Shown in pieces: positions 19,157 to 28,564 of a stretch of 64,000 nucleotides of DNA. Within the stretch, counting starts at the first letter, position 1. Each line of letters opens with the position of its first letter. The translations under genes were made by a program, and so were the position numbers. The notes beneath the pieces were generated by a model. The model was not told where the DNA came from. It searched no databases and saw only the letters and a list, made by a program, of their open reading frames with translations. The stretch is from a virus (lineage: Duplodnaviria; Caudoviricetes). The stretch lies in the IMG/VR virus record IMGVR_UViG_3300015214_000029, positions 21,756 to 85,755 of that record; one strand, written 5' to 3'.

Positions 19157-20689
19157 TCAGTCTGGCTTTTTCCATATCGTAATGCTTTTTCGCAAAGCTT
19201 CTCTCCCAAACCTCTTCATTTGCTGGCTGCTGTTGCCCTTACGATTAGGAAGCACATACACTATTTGCGGTTCATAGCCGAGTTGTTCCGCCAAGTGGGT
19301 AGTCAACAAGTCAACGGGTATCACTTCGCCTCCGTATCGCACATTGTCATTTACGAAGGCAACATGGGCTCCGGGTTGACACGTGCGCAATACTTCCGCG
19401 AATACAAACGCCAGTTCAATGAAGTACCCCTCTACCATTGACAGAATCCCCCGATTGTTGATCTCGCCCCTCTCCCAGCGAATCCTAAGTGCTTCGTTTA
19501 CCTCTTGAAACACTGGGTTTGATAGTACTATGTCAAGGGTACGCTCGAAACGATCAGAGGCATCGATTGACGCATAGTAATCTCTCAGCTGTTCTACTTT
19601 CGAACGGTGTTCGACCGTGCATGACAGCTGACTCTGACGTAGTTCACGAATCTCCTCTTCATCCACCTTCAGATAGGCAAGTTCAAGTGCATATGTCCGT
19701 GTGTAATCATACCTGTTACAGTAAGGTGGAGATGTAATTACTCCTGCGAACTGATTGGATTCTAGCGTAGGCAAGATTTGCAGAGCGCTTCCTTTGAAAA
19801 GGGTCGCTTGACCCTTCGTCCTTGACGCAAGCTGGAGTTCCTTCACGTCATCAACAATGGTACTTAACGCGCGAATTAAGGCATCTTTGACAGTAGGCAG
19901 ATCGCCCTTGTCCATTCCTTTGATGAGACGTTTTCCTTGCCAAGCACGCTCTCGATTCCTCTGTCTCACCTTGTCCGATCTGCTGTCCCAACGCAGGTAT
20001 TGACCATCTTTACGTGTAAAACTGACTTCTTCGAGAATACTGGTCAGGACAAGTCGTAATAGCACTTTCGCTTCTACGGAAACGTCAAGTAGATCGAACC
20101 ACTCAGTATAGAACATCAAATCGTTTTCAGTCGTATCGGGAAACGCACTGTCAGTGATTGCAAGATGCGGAAACCTGTGACGAGCAGGTCCCGGTTCAGT
20201 TTCTTCGATGAGCTCTAAGATCCTTTCCAGTTCGTCCGTATCATATTCGAACGCATGTGACTTGGCCTCCCATGCTAGATGACAGACAGGGAGAATTTCG
20301 ATGCCGACTGCATTGATCCCATTTGCTATTGCGACCAGTAAAGTAGTTGCGGATCCACTAAATGGCTCAAGTAGTGTTTGACCTGGCTGAATGCCGAATT
20401 TATTAATCAATGACTGGACAAGTTCTGCGGAAAAGCCCTCACGGTACTTGATCCAGCTATGAACCATTTCTCCTTTGTTGCCTTGATAGCTGACAAGCTG
20501 TCGATTGAACTCGTCAGTCTCTTCAAGTAACATCATATACTGTCGCTCTAGTTGACGACGGGCATTCTGAGGGCAGACATCCTCGTGAGAAAAGGTTGTG
20601 CGCACCAAGTCTTTTCGATTGGTATTCAAATCGTTTGAATTCAGCGGTAAAGGCAGTTGCTTCACTCTAATTCCCCTAAATTGTGTCAT
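19157..20689 (-). CDS. Amino (N4-cytosine or N6-adenine) DNA methyltransferase, lower GC
   Basis: EPFSGSAT (motif I) before TSPPY (motif IV); visibly more AT-rich than flanks. Confidence 0.88.
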   Translation of the reverse strand: MTQFRGIRVKQLPLPLNSNDLNTNRKDLVRTTFSHEDVCPQNARRQLERQYMMLLEETDEFNRQLVSYQGNKGEMVHSWIKYREGFSAELVQSLINKFGIQPGQTLLEPFSGSATTLLVAIANGINAVGIEILPVCHLAWEAKSHAFEYDTDELERILELIEETEPGPARHRFPHLAITDSAFPDTTENDLMFYTEWFDLLDVSVEAKVLLRLVLTSILEEVSFTRKDGQYLRWDSRSDKVRQRNRERAWQGKRLIKGMDKGDLPTVKDALIRALSTIVDDVKELQLASRTKGQATLFKGSALQILPTLESNQFAGVITSPPYCNRYDYTRTYALELAYLKVDEEEIRELRQSQLSCTVEHRSKVEQLRDYYASIDASDRFERTLDIVLSNPVFQEVNEALRIRWERGEINNRGILSMVEGYFIELAFVFAEVLRTCQPGAHVAFVNDNVRYGGEVIPVDLLTTHLAEQLGYEPQIVYVLPNRKGNSSQQMKRFGREALRKSITIWKKPD

Positions 20690-20710
20690 TCTGGTCTAAT
20701 CAGGTTCCGT

Positions 20711-20829
20711 TCTACTTCTCAGTGTATTCTTTTGCCTTTTCCTTGTCAAGAGGTTTCGACAAGAATCGTCAGGACCCGGGGTGTGCGGTCCGGGTCCTGA
20801 CTTCAAGGAGTCTAGTATGAGTGTGTTGG
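20711..20829. repeat. 119-bp direct repeat copy 2
   Basis: Aligns with 18973-19091; promoter TTGACA-N17-TACACT points into the methyltransferase. Confidence 0.9.
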
Positions 20830-20873
20830 GCGGGGCTGTGTCATTTCCCCTCACTCAATACCATGATACTCTG

Positions 20874-21182
20874 CTATCTCCCCGATGTCAAGTTTCTCAG
20901 CATCCTCTCCATGTCATCATGGCCCAGTACCCGCTCCAGGATCAGGGTTCCGCTGCTCAAGTATTGGTACAGAATGCGATACCCGTTAGGTCCCCGGTTT
21001 ACATAGCCTATCCACAGGGACGAGTTCTTGACCCGGTGAGCCTTGAACGAGGGCAGCGCCGTGTTCGTCTGTGCCAGCAGCTTCACCTTACGATCTACCT
21101 GTTTTTGGACCTGCCGGGGCAGGTCCTTGTAGTCCTCAACGAACTGCCGCTTCTTGCGGACGGCGTTGACCGGTGTACTCAT
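20874..21182 (-). CDS. RelE/ParE-superfamily protein (putative mRNA interferase)
   Basis: 102 aa; FVEDYKDL..QVQKQV..KV.LL, LWIGYVN..YRILY, VLGHD pattern. Confidence 0.6.
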   Translation of the reverse strand: MSTPVNAVRKKRQFVEDYKDLPRQVQKQVDRKVKLLAQTNTALPSFKAHRVKNSSLWIGYVNRGPNGYRILYQYLSSGTLILERVLGHDDMERMLRNLTSGR

Positions 21183-21873
21183 AGGCCTGCTCCCATATGT
21201 ATGTGCGCAATTCGTCAAGGTCCGCTACCCGGTCCTCGTCATGCGAGACGTGGGGAGCCCACAGATCCATCGGGTCATAGTAGTCCCAGTCCAGCCAGTC
21301 GAACGGGTAACGCTGTGGGTCGAGCTTGTCCCACAGGTACATGGCATAAGCCGTCGCATCTGTCTTCTTGTTCCCGGTAAAGCTCGGGCGCTTACCCAGT
21401 ACCCAGACCCGTGTCGGGGGGTGGTTGTGCCACAGACCCCTCATCCGGTCCTGTCCTTCCAGGAACCCGAGGCGCAGCAGGTACAAGACATGGCGACGAC
21501 TCTGGCGCAACGCCTGGCGCAAAAACGCCTCAGCGAACTTGTAAGGTGGGTTACCCATAACAATGTCAAAGGACTGGTCCGGCAGCGTACTCTTGGTGTA
21601 GTCCTGGATCAGCCAGTCCCCGTAGAACGGGGGGCGCTCGGTAAGGTAGTATTCCAGCCCCGTAACCTGGGACTGGGGCCATCGCTTCCGGGCTGCAAAG
21701 CCCCAGACCCCCAGCCCCGCGCCGGGGTCCAGGATCTTCAGCACCCGGCTGTGCCCATCCAGGGCCCGGGTATCCACCTGCTCCAGCACAGCCTCAATCA
21801 GCCCGATTGGAGTCGGGTAGAAGTCCCGGGCATCCCGGGGGCGCATCTTCTTCTCAGTCATGATGATCGGCAT
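21136..21873 (-). CDS. N6-adenine DNA methyltransferase (phage type)
   Basis: DFYPTP, ILDPGAGLG, NPPY, LLRLGFLEG, RPSF motifs. Confidence 0.88.
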   Translation of the reverse strand: MPIIMTEKKMRPRDARDFYPTPIGLIEAVLEQVDTRALDGHSRVLKILDPGAGLGVWGFAARKRWPQSQVTGLEYYLTERPPFYGDWLIQDYTKSTLPDQSFDIVMGNPPYKFAEAFLRQALRQSRRHVLYLLRLGFLEGQDRMRGLWHNHPPTRVWVLGKRPSFTGNKKTDATAYAMYLWDKLDPQRYPFDWLDWDYYDPMDLWAPHVSHDEDRVADLDELRTYIWEQAYEYTGQRRPQEAAVR

Positions 21874-21874
21874 A

Positions 21875-22744
21875 CTAGACTCCTTCCTCTTCGTCGTCTA
21901 CAAAGTAAACCAGGTTGAGATCCGACCGCTGCTTCATTGCCAGCAGGATCTTCTCATCCGTGCTCACGTTCAACATCCTCAGTATCCGGTTGATGCCCTG
22001 CTTAGCGAGGTCATCGTTGTCACTGAAGTAGAGTTCCCCGATGGGAGCAGACCTGCCGTTCTGCAAAACCACCAGCAGGGGTCCTTCCAGCCGGAAGCGC
22101 AGGTTATAGTCCGGCCCATCCCCTTCCGGGCTGTAGAGCGCCATGCGTAGCTGGCTGACCGTCGCCCCGGGGTCCATTGCCAGGGCCAACAGCTTGGGCT
22201 GGTTGTCCAGGTCCCTGCTGCGAGCCAGCGGGGTGAGTAGGACCAACTTCGAGATGTCGGTCCGGGTCGGGTCCCAGCTTACCTCTCGCATGATCGGCCT
22301 GTTATCCTCACCCATGACTGGCTCTCCCCGCTCATCCCGCTCGGGAATCTTGATGGGGACGCCTGGCGTATAGTTGTCCTCGATGAAGACCTTAGCCGCC
22401 CGCATGTAGTTCTCGATGGTGTCGATAGACAACTCCCCGCCCGTTTCCTTGAGAGCAAACGTTTCAAACTGGAGCCCGTACTGCTTCCTGAAGTCCAGGT
22501 CCAGTTCGTTCCAGTTCTTCTTGAACAGCCAGAGCGTGTGCGCCTCGATAATCGAGACCCCCCGCTTGACCCCCACCGCCATACGCAGCAGACTCAGCAT
22601 GTGCTGAGTCCACTGGGTACGGTTCTCTTCGGTTAGCTCGGGCAGCGATTTCAGGGTGCTGATAATGCGCTGCACCATTGCCGTCGCGCCCTCTGCCGAG
22701 AGGTTAGCAATGTTCAACCCACGAAACAGGTCCAAATCTGACAT
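21875..22744 (-). CDS. Hypothetical protein
   Basis: 289-aa ORF in replication block. Confidence 0.65.
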   Translation of the reverse strand: MSDLDLFRGLNIANLSAEGATAMVQRIISTLKSLPELTEENRTQWTQHMLSLLRMAVGVKRGVSIIEAHTLWLFKKNWNELDLDFRKQYGLQFETFALKETGGELSIDTIENYMRAAKVFIEDNYTPGVPIKIPERDERGEPVMGEDNRPIMREVSWDPTRTDISKLVLLTPLARSRDLDNQPKLLALAMDPGATVSQLRMALYSPEGDGPDYNLRFRLEGPLLVVLQNGRSAPIGELYFSDNDDLAKQGINRILRMLNVSTDEKILLAMKQRSDLNLVYFVDDEEEGV

Positions 22745-22775
22745 TTAGAAGTCCTCATGAGTAGTAGATGTTGGG

Positions 22776-23519
22776 TTAGTGTTGGATGATCTTGGCAATC
22801 ATGACCAACCAATCCGGGGAATCCGGATCGCTCAGCATGATAATATTGGGCCTTGTCTCGGGTACCGTGATACGAGTCCTCTCTCCCATCAACATCGCCA
22901 AGCGGCTGACGTAGTCTGAGTTCAAGGTCAGCGGCTCGGTGTGCGCCTGCTCGATGTCCCCCGCCAGGGGCACATACTCCACCTCACCCACTTCCGTCGC
23001 CTGAACCGTGCCCCACACATCCGACTCGGTAATGTGAACGCTGATGAACCGCAGGTTGTTGGGCGGCATCCCCGGCATAACCCGGCTGATTTTGATCAGG
23101 GAGCGCAGCGCCTCACTCTCCACCGTCAACCCGACCATAATCGGGTCTCGGGCAGCGGTCTCTGCACTCTCTACCGGCAAGGGTGCCCGGGCCTGAACTG
23201 CCAGGCTCGCCTTGAACCCGTTGTCCCCCCGCAGGGACACACGCTTATTATACGACAAAGTCAGGGTTTCTGCCCTAGATGCTTTCACGAGTTGTGACAG
23301 CGGCTCTGACAGGTAGAACTCCCCATCCTCGTCACACTCCACCACCTGGGGATAAGCCAGGACGAGTCCAATCGCCCCGGCTGGCCCCTCGATGCTGGCA
23401 GCGAGGCGCAGAAAACCATCCTTCACCACAAACCCAATGGCTGGAGCCGCCTCGGGCATCAGCCCGTTGATCTTATCCAGCCAGGGCCGCAGCGACCCGG
23501 TCTCGACGGTAATTTTCAT
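22776..23519 (-). CDS. Sliding-clamp (DNA Pol III beta)-like protein
   Basis: MKITVE..L...L.KI start, LRL.AS and LNSDYV..L patterns; adjacent to DNA polymerase; divergent. Confidence 0.45.
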   Translation of the reverse strand: MKITVETGSLRPWLDKINGLMPEAAPAIGFVVKDGFLRLAASIEGPAGAIGLVLAYPQVVECDEDGEFYLSEPLSQLVKASRAETLTLSYNKRVSLRGDNGFKASLAVQARAPLPVESAETAARDPIMVGLTVESEALRSLIKISRVMPGMPPNNLRFISVHITESDVWGTVQATEVGEVEYVPLAGDIEQAHTEPLTLNSDYVSRLAMLMGERTRITVPETRPNIIMLSDPDSPDWLVMIAKIIQH

Positions 23520-25308
23520 CCTTTGACCACCTATGCATTAAGTCGGTTTCAGCTATCGTCTTGACATCCGGGCAGATTTCTTGTCCGGCCTGCTCCATTG
23601 CTGCCGTTACCTGGTAAGCGGCAAAGTCCTCGATCTCCCGGTTGGTGCGCACCACTAGCTCGTCGTGGATCTGGAGCGCGATTGCCGCGTCTGGCTGGTC
23701 GGGCTCGATCCACTGCTCGTAGAGCAGCACCATTGCATACTTCATCATGTCCGCTGCCGTGCCCTGGATGGGCATGTTGCGGGCTTCCCTGCCGATCTTC
23801 CAGTCTTCCATCTGGGTCCGGTTGGGCCACCAGCGACGCCTGCCCCAGCGAGTGCTGGCGTATCCGTAGCGCATGACCTTCGGCCCCTGCTGGTCGCCCC
23901 AGGCGAACATGCCGGGGAAGGTCTGGCGCAGGTTATTGTAGAACTCCCGGGCCTGCGCCTCGGATACATTCAACACCTGCCGCAGTTTGTTGACCCCACC
24001 CCCGTAACCCGCCGCCAGAACCCCTTGCTTGAACATCTGTCGCTCGGCTTTGGTAATCTTCCGCCCCAGAGTCAACTCCCCGAAAGCGATATACACATCC
24101 TCTTCATTACAGGCACGGATCAGGTTCGGGTCCCCGCAGATCTGTGCCATGACGCGCGGTTCCTGCTGCGCGTAGTCAGAGACCGTGAAGATGTACTGTT
24201 CCTCAGCCAGTGTTGGCCCGGGCTTTGACTGGGGCAGGAACAAACGCCGGATGTCGGGCTCACCCTCGACCGGGCGGGCTCTCACATTCTGTAGGTTTGG
24301 GTCCTTGCAGCTATAGCGTCCAGTACCCGGCCCGTTCTGGTTCCAGTCCGGGTGTATCCGGCCTGTGACCGGGTTGATGTGGCTGGGGTAGTCCAGTTTC
24401 CACATCGTATTCCAGTTCGCCCAGTCCAGGTAGTCCCGCAGGAAGATCACACGCGGGTCTTCGTCCGGGCTGCGCAGCGTGCTTTCCAGATGATCCAGGA
24501 CAGCCTCAAGCTCGGGAGCCTGGGTCGTCTCTACCTGGATGCCAAACGTCTCCAGCAACCACTGGCGCTGTGCCGTGCTGTTCAGGTTGACGATGGGCGT
24601 TGCCTCGTCCCCGAAGAGCGTGGTTTGCAGGGGCACGTTCAGGTACTTTGCCATGTGTGCCACTCGCTGGCGCAGGGTTCGCTCGATGACCTGGGTGTAC
24701 TCGTCCCACAGGTTCAGGTCAAAGCCCACCCCCTCTAAATACATGTGGGTCGTGACTCGCACCAGCCGGTTCTCGATGCCAACGATGCGCCCGATGCCCT
24801 GGTTGCTGATGTCTTCCATCTGCTGGCGGCGGATCTCAGGCAGGTAGAGTACGTCCTTCTCCATGTACTCAAGCTGCCGGGCGGTGAAGTCGCCGCTGTG
24901 CTCGAAGAACGACAGCCGCACTGCCTCATCCTTGTTGACTCCCAGCCGCCGCAGCAAGACGTTTGCCAGGGCATTGCTGCGCGTCCGGTCTCCGGCGTAC
25001 AGCAGTCGCTCCACGACCAGGGTATCCCACACATTAGTGGTGATTATCCCCAACTTGTGGTTGAGGAAAGCCAGGTCAAAGCGGGCGTTGTGCGCGATCT
25101 TCGTCTGCTTCGGGTTGGTCAGGATGGGGACCAGTTGTTCGAAGTGATCCCGCAGCACGAACGCCTGCTCCCCATCCGACACCTGTACCGACAGCATCCG
25201 GTCCTGCCAGGGGTTGGCGGTTTTCTTTTTGTTTGTGACGGTGGTCTCGATGTCGATCCCGAGCACCGGAACCCCGTATATGTATTCAGGTAGCCTATCG
25301 ACCAGCAT
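23473..25308 (-). CDS. polA: Family A DNA polymerase (3'-5' exonuclease plus polymerase, no 5'-3' exonuclease)
   Basis: DIET, HNARFD, TGRYSCKDPNLQN, DYAQQEPR, RQMFKQGVLAAGYG, NMPIQGTAAD, QIHDEL. Confidence 0.95.
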   Translation of the reverse strand: MLVDRLPEYIYGVPVLGIDIETTVTNKKKTANPWQDRMLSVQVSDGEQAFVLRDHFEQLVPILTNPKQTKIAHNARFDLAFLNHKLGIITTNVWDTLVVERLLYAGDRTRSNALANVLLRRLGVNKDEAVRLSFFEHSGDFTARQLEYMEKDVLYLPEIRRQQMEDISNQGIGRIVGIENRLVRVTTHMYLEGVGFDLNLWDEYTQVIERTLRQRVAHMAKYLNVPLQTTLFGDEATPIVNLNSTAQRQWLLETFGIQVETTQAPELEAVLDHLESTLRSPDEDPRVIFLRDYLDWANWNTMWKLDYPSHINPVTGRIHPDWNQNGPGTGRYSCKDPNLQNVRARPVEGEPDIRRLFLPQSKPGPTLAEEQYIFTVSDYAQQEPRVMAQICGDPNLIRACNEEDVYIAFGELTLGRKITKAERQMFKQGVLAAGYGGGVNKLRQVLNVSEAQAREFYNNLRQTFPGMFAWGDQQGPKVMRYGYASTRWGRRRWWPNRTQMEDWKIGREARNMPIQGTAADMMKYAMVLLYEQWIEPDQPDAAIALQIHDELVVRTNREIEDFAAYQVTAAMEQAGQEICPDVKTIAETDLMHRWSKDENYRRDRVAAALAG

Positions 25309-25320
25309 GTTACCGCTCCC

Positions 25321-26937
25321 CTAGAACAGTGTGGACTGCGTCTGCTCTTCTGGACTGGGCTTGCTCAGAACTCGCTCGGCCCGCCGCTCCAGCACCGGGT
25401 CCAGCTTCCCACCTACCTTTGAGACGAACTGCTCCAAGTGTGAAAATACCTGCCGCCTGCCGGTGTACATGTCCTCACCCAGCAGCGGAGTATAGATCCG
25501 GTTGTACTGGGGCTCCCAGCCAATGCGCACATTGACCCCCGGGACTCCGCCCCGGTACTTCTGCACCAGCAACCAGACGTGCCCGGCGTCCATGCCCTCG
25601 GGTACCTCGAAGTCGATGCCCACCTGCGCCATGTAGATGGGATTCCAGACTTCAGCCATGATGTCCGAGGCGTGCCGTAGCGATTGGCTGTAGCGGGTGC
25701 CCCCTACCCCGGCGATCTTGAACCGGTTGCTGCCGGTCTCCCCGCCGAAGGATGACTGGCTGATGACGATGATCGACGCCCCGAGCATACGGCTGAGCGC
25801 CTGGTAGTTGTGGATCAGCCGGTCCAGCCACTCTTCTTTGGACATGCCGGGCAGTCGCTTGTCCCCGTGCAGTTCCATGTAGTCGGCGGACATCTGCCAT
25901 ACCGGGCCTTTGTCCCCGGTATGCATGGAGTCCAGCCGGTACTCAATGGCACTGGTCTCCGCCAGGTTGGTGTCATCTACGTACAGGGGCAGCACCCCCA
26001 GCCGCTCCACCCAATCCTTGAACCGGATGTACTCGGGTGAATTTTTGAACGTGTCCGGCTTGCGGCGCAGCCGGGTGGTGTCGAACCCCGAGAGCATTGC
26101 CGCTGAGCGGAACAGCAGGTCTACGTCCTGCATCTCCATCGAGTTGATGGCTACGCAGCCCTGTATCCCATTGACATACAGCCCCATTGCCGTGCCCAGG
26201 TTGACGGCATGAACCAGGCCCGACTTGAAGGACCCCGCCATGCCGTGAATGGTGGTCAGCGTGCGAACCGGGAACAACCCCGCTTCCAGGAAAGGCTCAA
26301 ACCCACAGGGCAGCAGAGAGAGTTGCTTACCACTCTCAATGTCTCCCAGCCGGGCCAGGGCATCCTCAGCCACGAAGCTGAGGTGTTTGTAGCCCGCCTC
26401 GTCTGTGCGTAAAAACTCCCGTAGATCCCGCACATACCCGTTCATCCACTCGACCGGGTCCCCGATCTCCCCAATTGCCTTCTCGAAGGAGTCGGGATCG
26501 TCCAACACCCGGCCCATCACCCGGCTGCGCAGTGCCGTCCGGTAGAGGATGCCAACCCGGTCTACCTGCTGGACGTGGTAGCGGTAGCCCTGGTAGTCGA
26601 ACTCGGTGATGCCCCAATACTGGGGCATCTTGTCCACCAGAGTCTTAACGTACCGGCGCAGTTCGGTCTTGACGGTGGGCGGCAGGGAGTCCACCACGTT
26701 CGCCACCGTGATGCCCTTGCGGTCCATGAAGCAGATCTGGATCGCCTGCCAGATAGCGGCGTGGTCCTGGTGCCCGGTGTCATAACGCCCCTCGGCATCA
26801 TAGATGAATTTGTCATGGGTCAGTTCACCCAGTGCCTCACGAGTTTGATCGGGAAACAACAGGGTATAGCCCAGGACGATCTGCTCGCGCTCGTAAGGTG
26901 AGATCTGCATGTTACTTAAACCAATCCATGTCAACAT
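25321..26937 (-). CDS. DnaB-like replicative helicase
   Basis: GMAGSFKS P-loop variant, SMEM, LYVDD, DYMEL, IIVISQ motifs. Confidence 0.8.
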   Translation of the reverse strand: MLTWIGLSNMQISPYEREQIVLGYTLLFPDQTREALGELTHDKFIYDAEGRYDTGHQDHAAIWQAIQICFMDRKGITVANVVDSLPPTVKTELRRYVKTLVDKMPQYWGITEFDYQGYRYHVQQVDRVGILYRTALRSRVMGRVLDDPDSFEKAIGEIGDPVEWMNGYVRDLREFLRTDEAGYKHLSFVAEDALARLGDIESGKQLSLLPCGFEPFLEAGLFPVRTLTTIHGMAGSFKSGLVHAVNLGTAMGLYVNGIQGCVAINSMEMQDVDLLFRSAAMLSGFDTTRLRRKPDTFKNSPEYIRFKDWVERLGVLPLYVDDTNLAETSAIEYRLDSMHTGDKGPVWQMSADYMELHGDKRLPGMSKEEWLDRLIHNYQALSRMLGASIIVISQSSFGGETGSNRFKIAGVGGTRYSQSLRHASDIMAEVWNPIYMAQVGIDFEVPEGMDAGHVWLLVQKYRGGVPGVNVRIGWEPQYNRIYTPLLGEDMYTGRRQVFSHLEQFVSKVGGKLDPVLERRAERVLSKPSPEEQTQSTLF

Positions 26938-27202
26938 GGTTGACGTACAGCTTGCCGCTGGGCATCCGCTCGTTGCGGATCACCTCCAAACCCAGCAGGG
27001 TATCCGGCAGGTCCTCGATCCCGTGCGGGTTGACCAACAGGTGAGTCGGCTTGCGGTAGTACCGCTTCTCAAACTGGCGGATGGCTCGCCGGGTCTCATC
27101 GGTGATGATCTCCAGGCTCGACCCCCGCTGACTGAAGCTGCGAACGATCCCGCTGAACTTGAGATCCTGGGTGCCCACTGCCGGGCGTCGCTTTAGGTCC
27201 AT
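26912..27202 (-). CDS. Hypothetical protein
   Basis: 96-aa ORF whose ATG abuts the IS left end. Confidence 0.55.
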   Translation of the reverse strand: MDLKRRPAVGTQDLKFSGIVRSFSQRGSSLEIITDETRRAIRQFEKRYYRKPTHLLVNPHGIEDLPDTLLGLEVIRNERMPSGKLYVNHVDMDWFK

Positions 27203-28564
27203 AGAATTTGCGGCAGGGTACTCCCCGTTTTAACGGGGAGGGGAATGCCGCCTTCCTCCTTTTGCGCTCCTCAGAAATGTGGTATAATTCGTTTGTCTAG
27301 GAACGGTACCCGTGAGCGGATTTTTGCTTTATGGCCCCCAAAGGCACGGGTGTTCCTAGACACAACACCGCAGGCCTGCGGGGGTCGCCGCTTTTTGAGG
27401 GTACGATGATCCGCACCTACAAGCACCGGCTGTACCCGACGCCCGATCAGGAAGTCGTGATGCACGACATCCTGTGGGCGGGCTGTTGGCTGTACAACCG
27501 GGCGCTCGACTACCGCCGCCGTCGCTGGTACGAGAGCCGCCACAGCGTCAGCTACTACGAGCAGGCGGGCATGTGGCGCGACTGGCGCAACGAGCAGCCA
27601 GACGATAACCCGCTGCGCGTCCTCAACATGAGCGCCGGTCAGCAAGTTCTGCGCCGCCTCGACAACACCTACCGCGAGTTCTTCAAGGGCAAGCGGGGCA
27701 GGCCCCGCTTCAAGCGCCACGACCGCTTCAACAGCGTCAACTTCAAGCCGGGCGACGGGGCCGCCCTCAAGGGCCGCAAGCTGTACCTGCAAAACGTTGG
27801 CCTCGTCACTGTGCGCTGGCACCGCAGCCTGCCCGACGAAGCGAAGCTCAAGAACATCATCCTGCTGCGCAAGCCGTCCGGCTGGTACGTGCTGCTGCAA
27901 GTTGATCTGCCTGATGTCGAGCCGGAGCCAAGCGACAAGCCCGCCATTGGGATCGATGTGGGTATTCACCACGCTCTCGCTCTTTCCGATGGCACGATCA
28001 TCGACAGCCCCAAGTACCTTGAGCAGTCGCTCAAGAAGCTCCGCCGTCTCCAGCGCCGGGTCGCCCGTCGCAAGAAGGGCAGCAAGGGCTGGTGGCGGGC
28101 TGTGCATCAAGTCGCCAAACAGCATGAGCACATCGCCAACCAGCGCCGGGATTGGTGGCACAAAGTCACGACGTGGCTTGTGCAGAATTACGGCACTATC
28201 GCGCTTGAGGACTTGAACCTCAGCTTCCTGCTTCGCAACGGCAGTCTCGCACGCCACGCCCATGACGTGGGGTTGGGCATCTTCTACAAGCTTCTCGACT
28301 ACAAGGCTATGGAGGCCGGAGTCGAGATCGTGAAGGTGAACCCCGCTTACACGTCGCAGGTGTGCAGCGAGTGCGGCTGTATTGTCGAGAAGAAGCTGAG
28401 TGAGCGCGAACACTGTTGTCCTCACTGCGGGTTTACAGCCGACAGGGATGTAAACGCCGCTCTGAACATTTTGTGGGCCGGGACGCGGCCCCCAGACGCT
28501 AACGTGAGCCACGAGGCTGTGCGTAGTCTGGGAAGCTCCCCCTTTTAAGGGGGAGAGCCGTCAC
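27203..28564 (+). mobile_element. IS200/IS605-family (IS1341-like, tnpB-only) element
   Basis: Subterminal hairpins, TCAC right end, TCCAT left flank, extended -10 promoter TGTGGTATAAT at 27278-27288. Confidence 0.92.
27406..28548 (+). CDS. tnpB: RNA-guided endonuclease TnpB
   Basis: RTYKHRLYPT N-terminus; RuvC D (GIDVG), E (LEDL), D (DRDVNAA); CSECG/CPHCG zinc finger. Confidence 0.95.
   Translation: MIRTYKHRLYPTPDQEVVMHDILWAGCWLYNRALDYRRRRWYESRHSVSYYEQAGMWRDWRNEQPDDNPLRVLNMSAGQQVLRRLDNTYREFFKGKRGRPRFKRHDRFNSVNFKPGDGAALKGRKLYLQNVGLVTVRWHRSLPDEAKLKNIILLRKPSGWYVLLQVDLPDVEPEPSDKPAIGIDVGIHHALALSDGTIIDSPKYLEQSLKKLRRLQRRVARRKKGSKGWWRAVHQVAKQHEHIANQRRDWWHKVTTWLVQNYGTIALEDLNLSFLLRNGSLARHAHDVGLGIFYKLLDYKAMEAGVEIVKVNPAYTSQVCSECGCIVEKKLSEREHCCPHCGFTADRDVNAALNILWAGTRPPDANVSHEAVRSLGSSPF

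Noticed and set aside
26209-26260. Helicase Walker A GMAGSFKS as an inactivating change
   Set aside because: GxxGSFK(S/T) variants occur in RecA-like ATPases and the other motifs are intact
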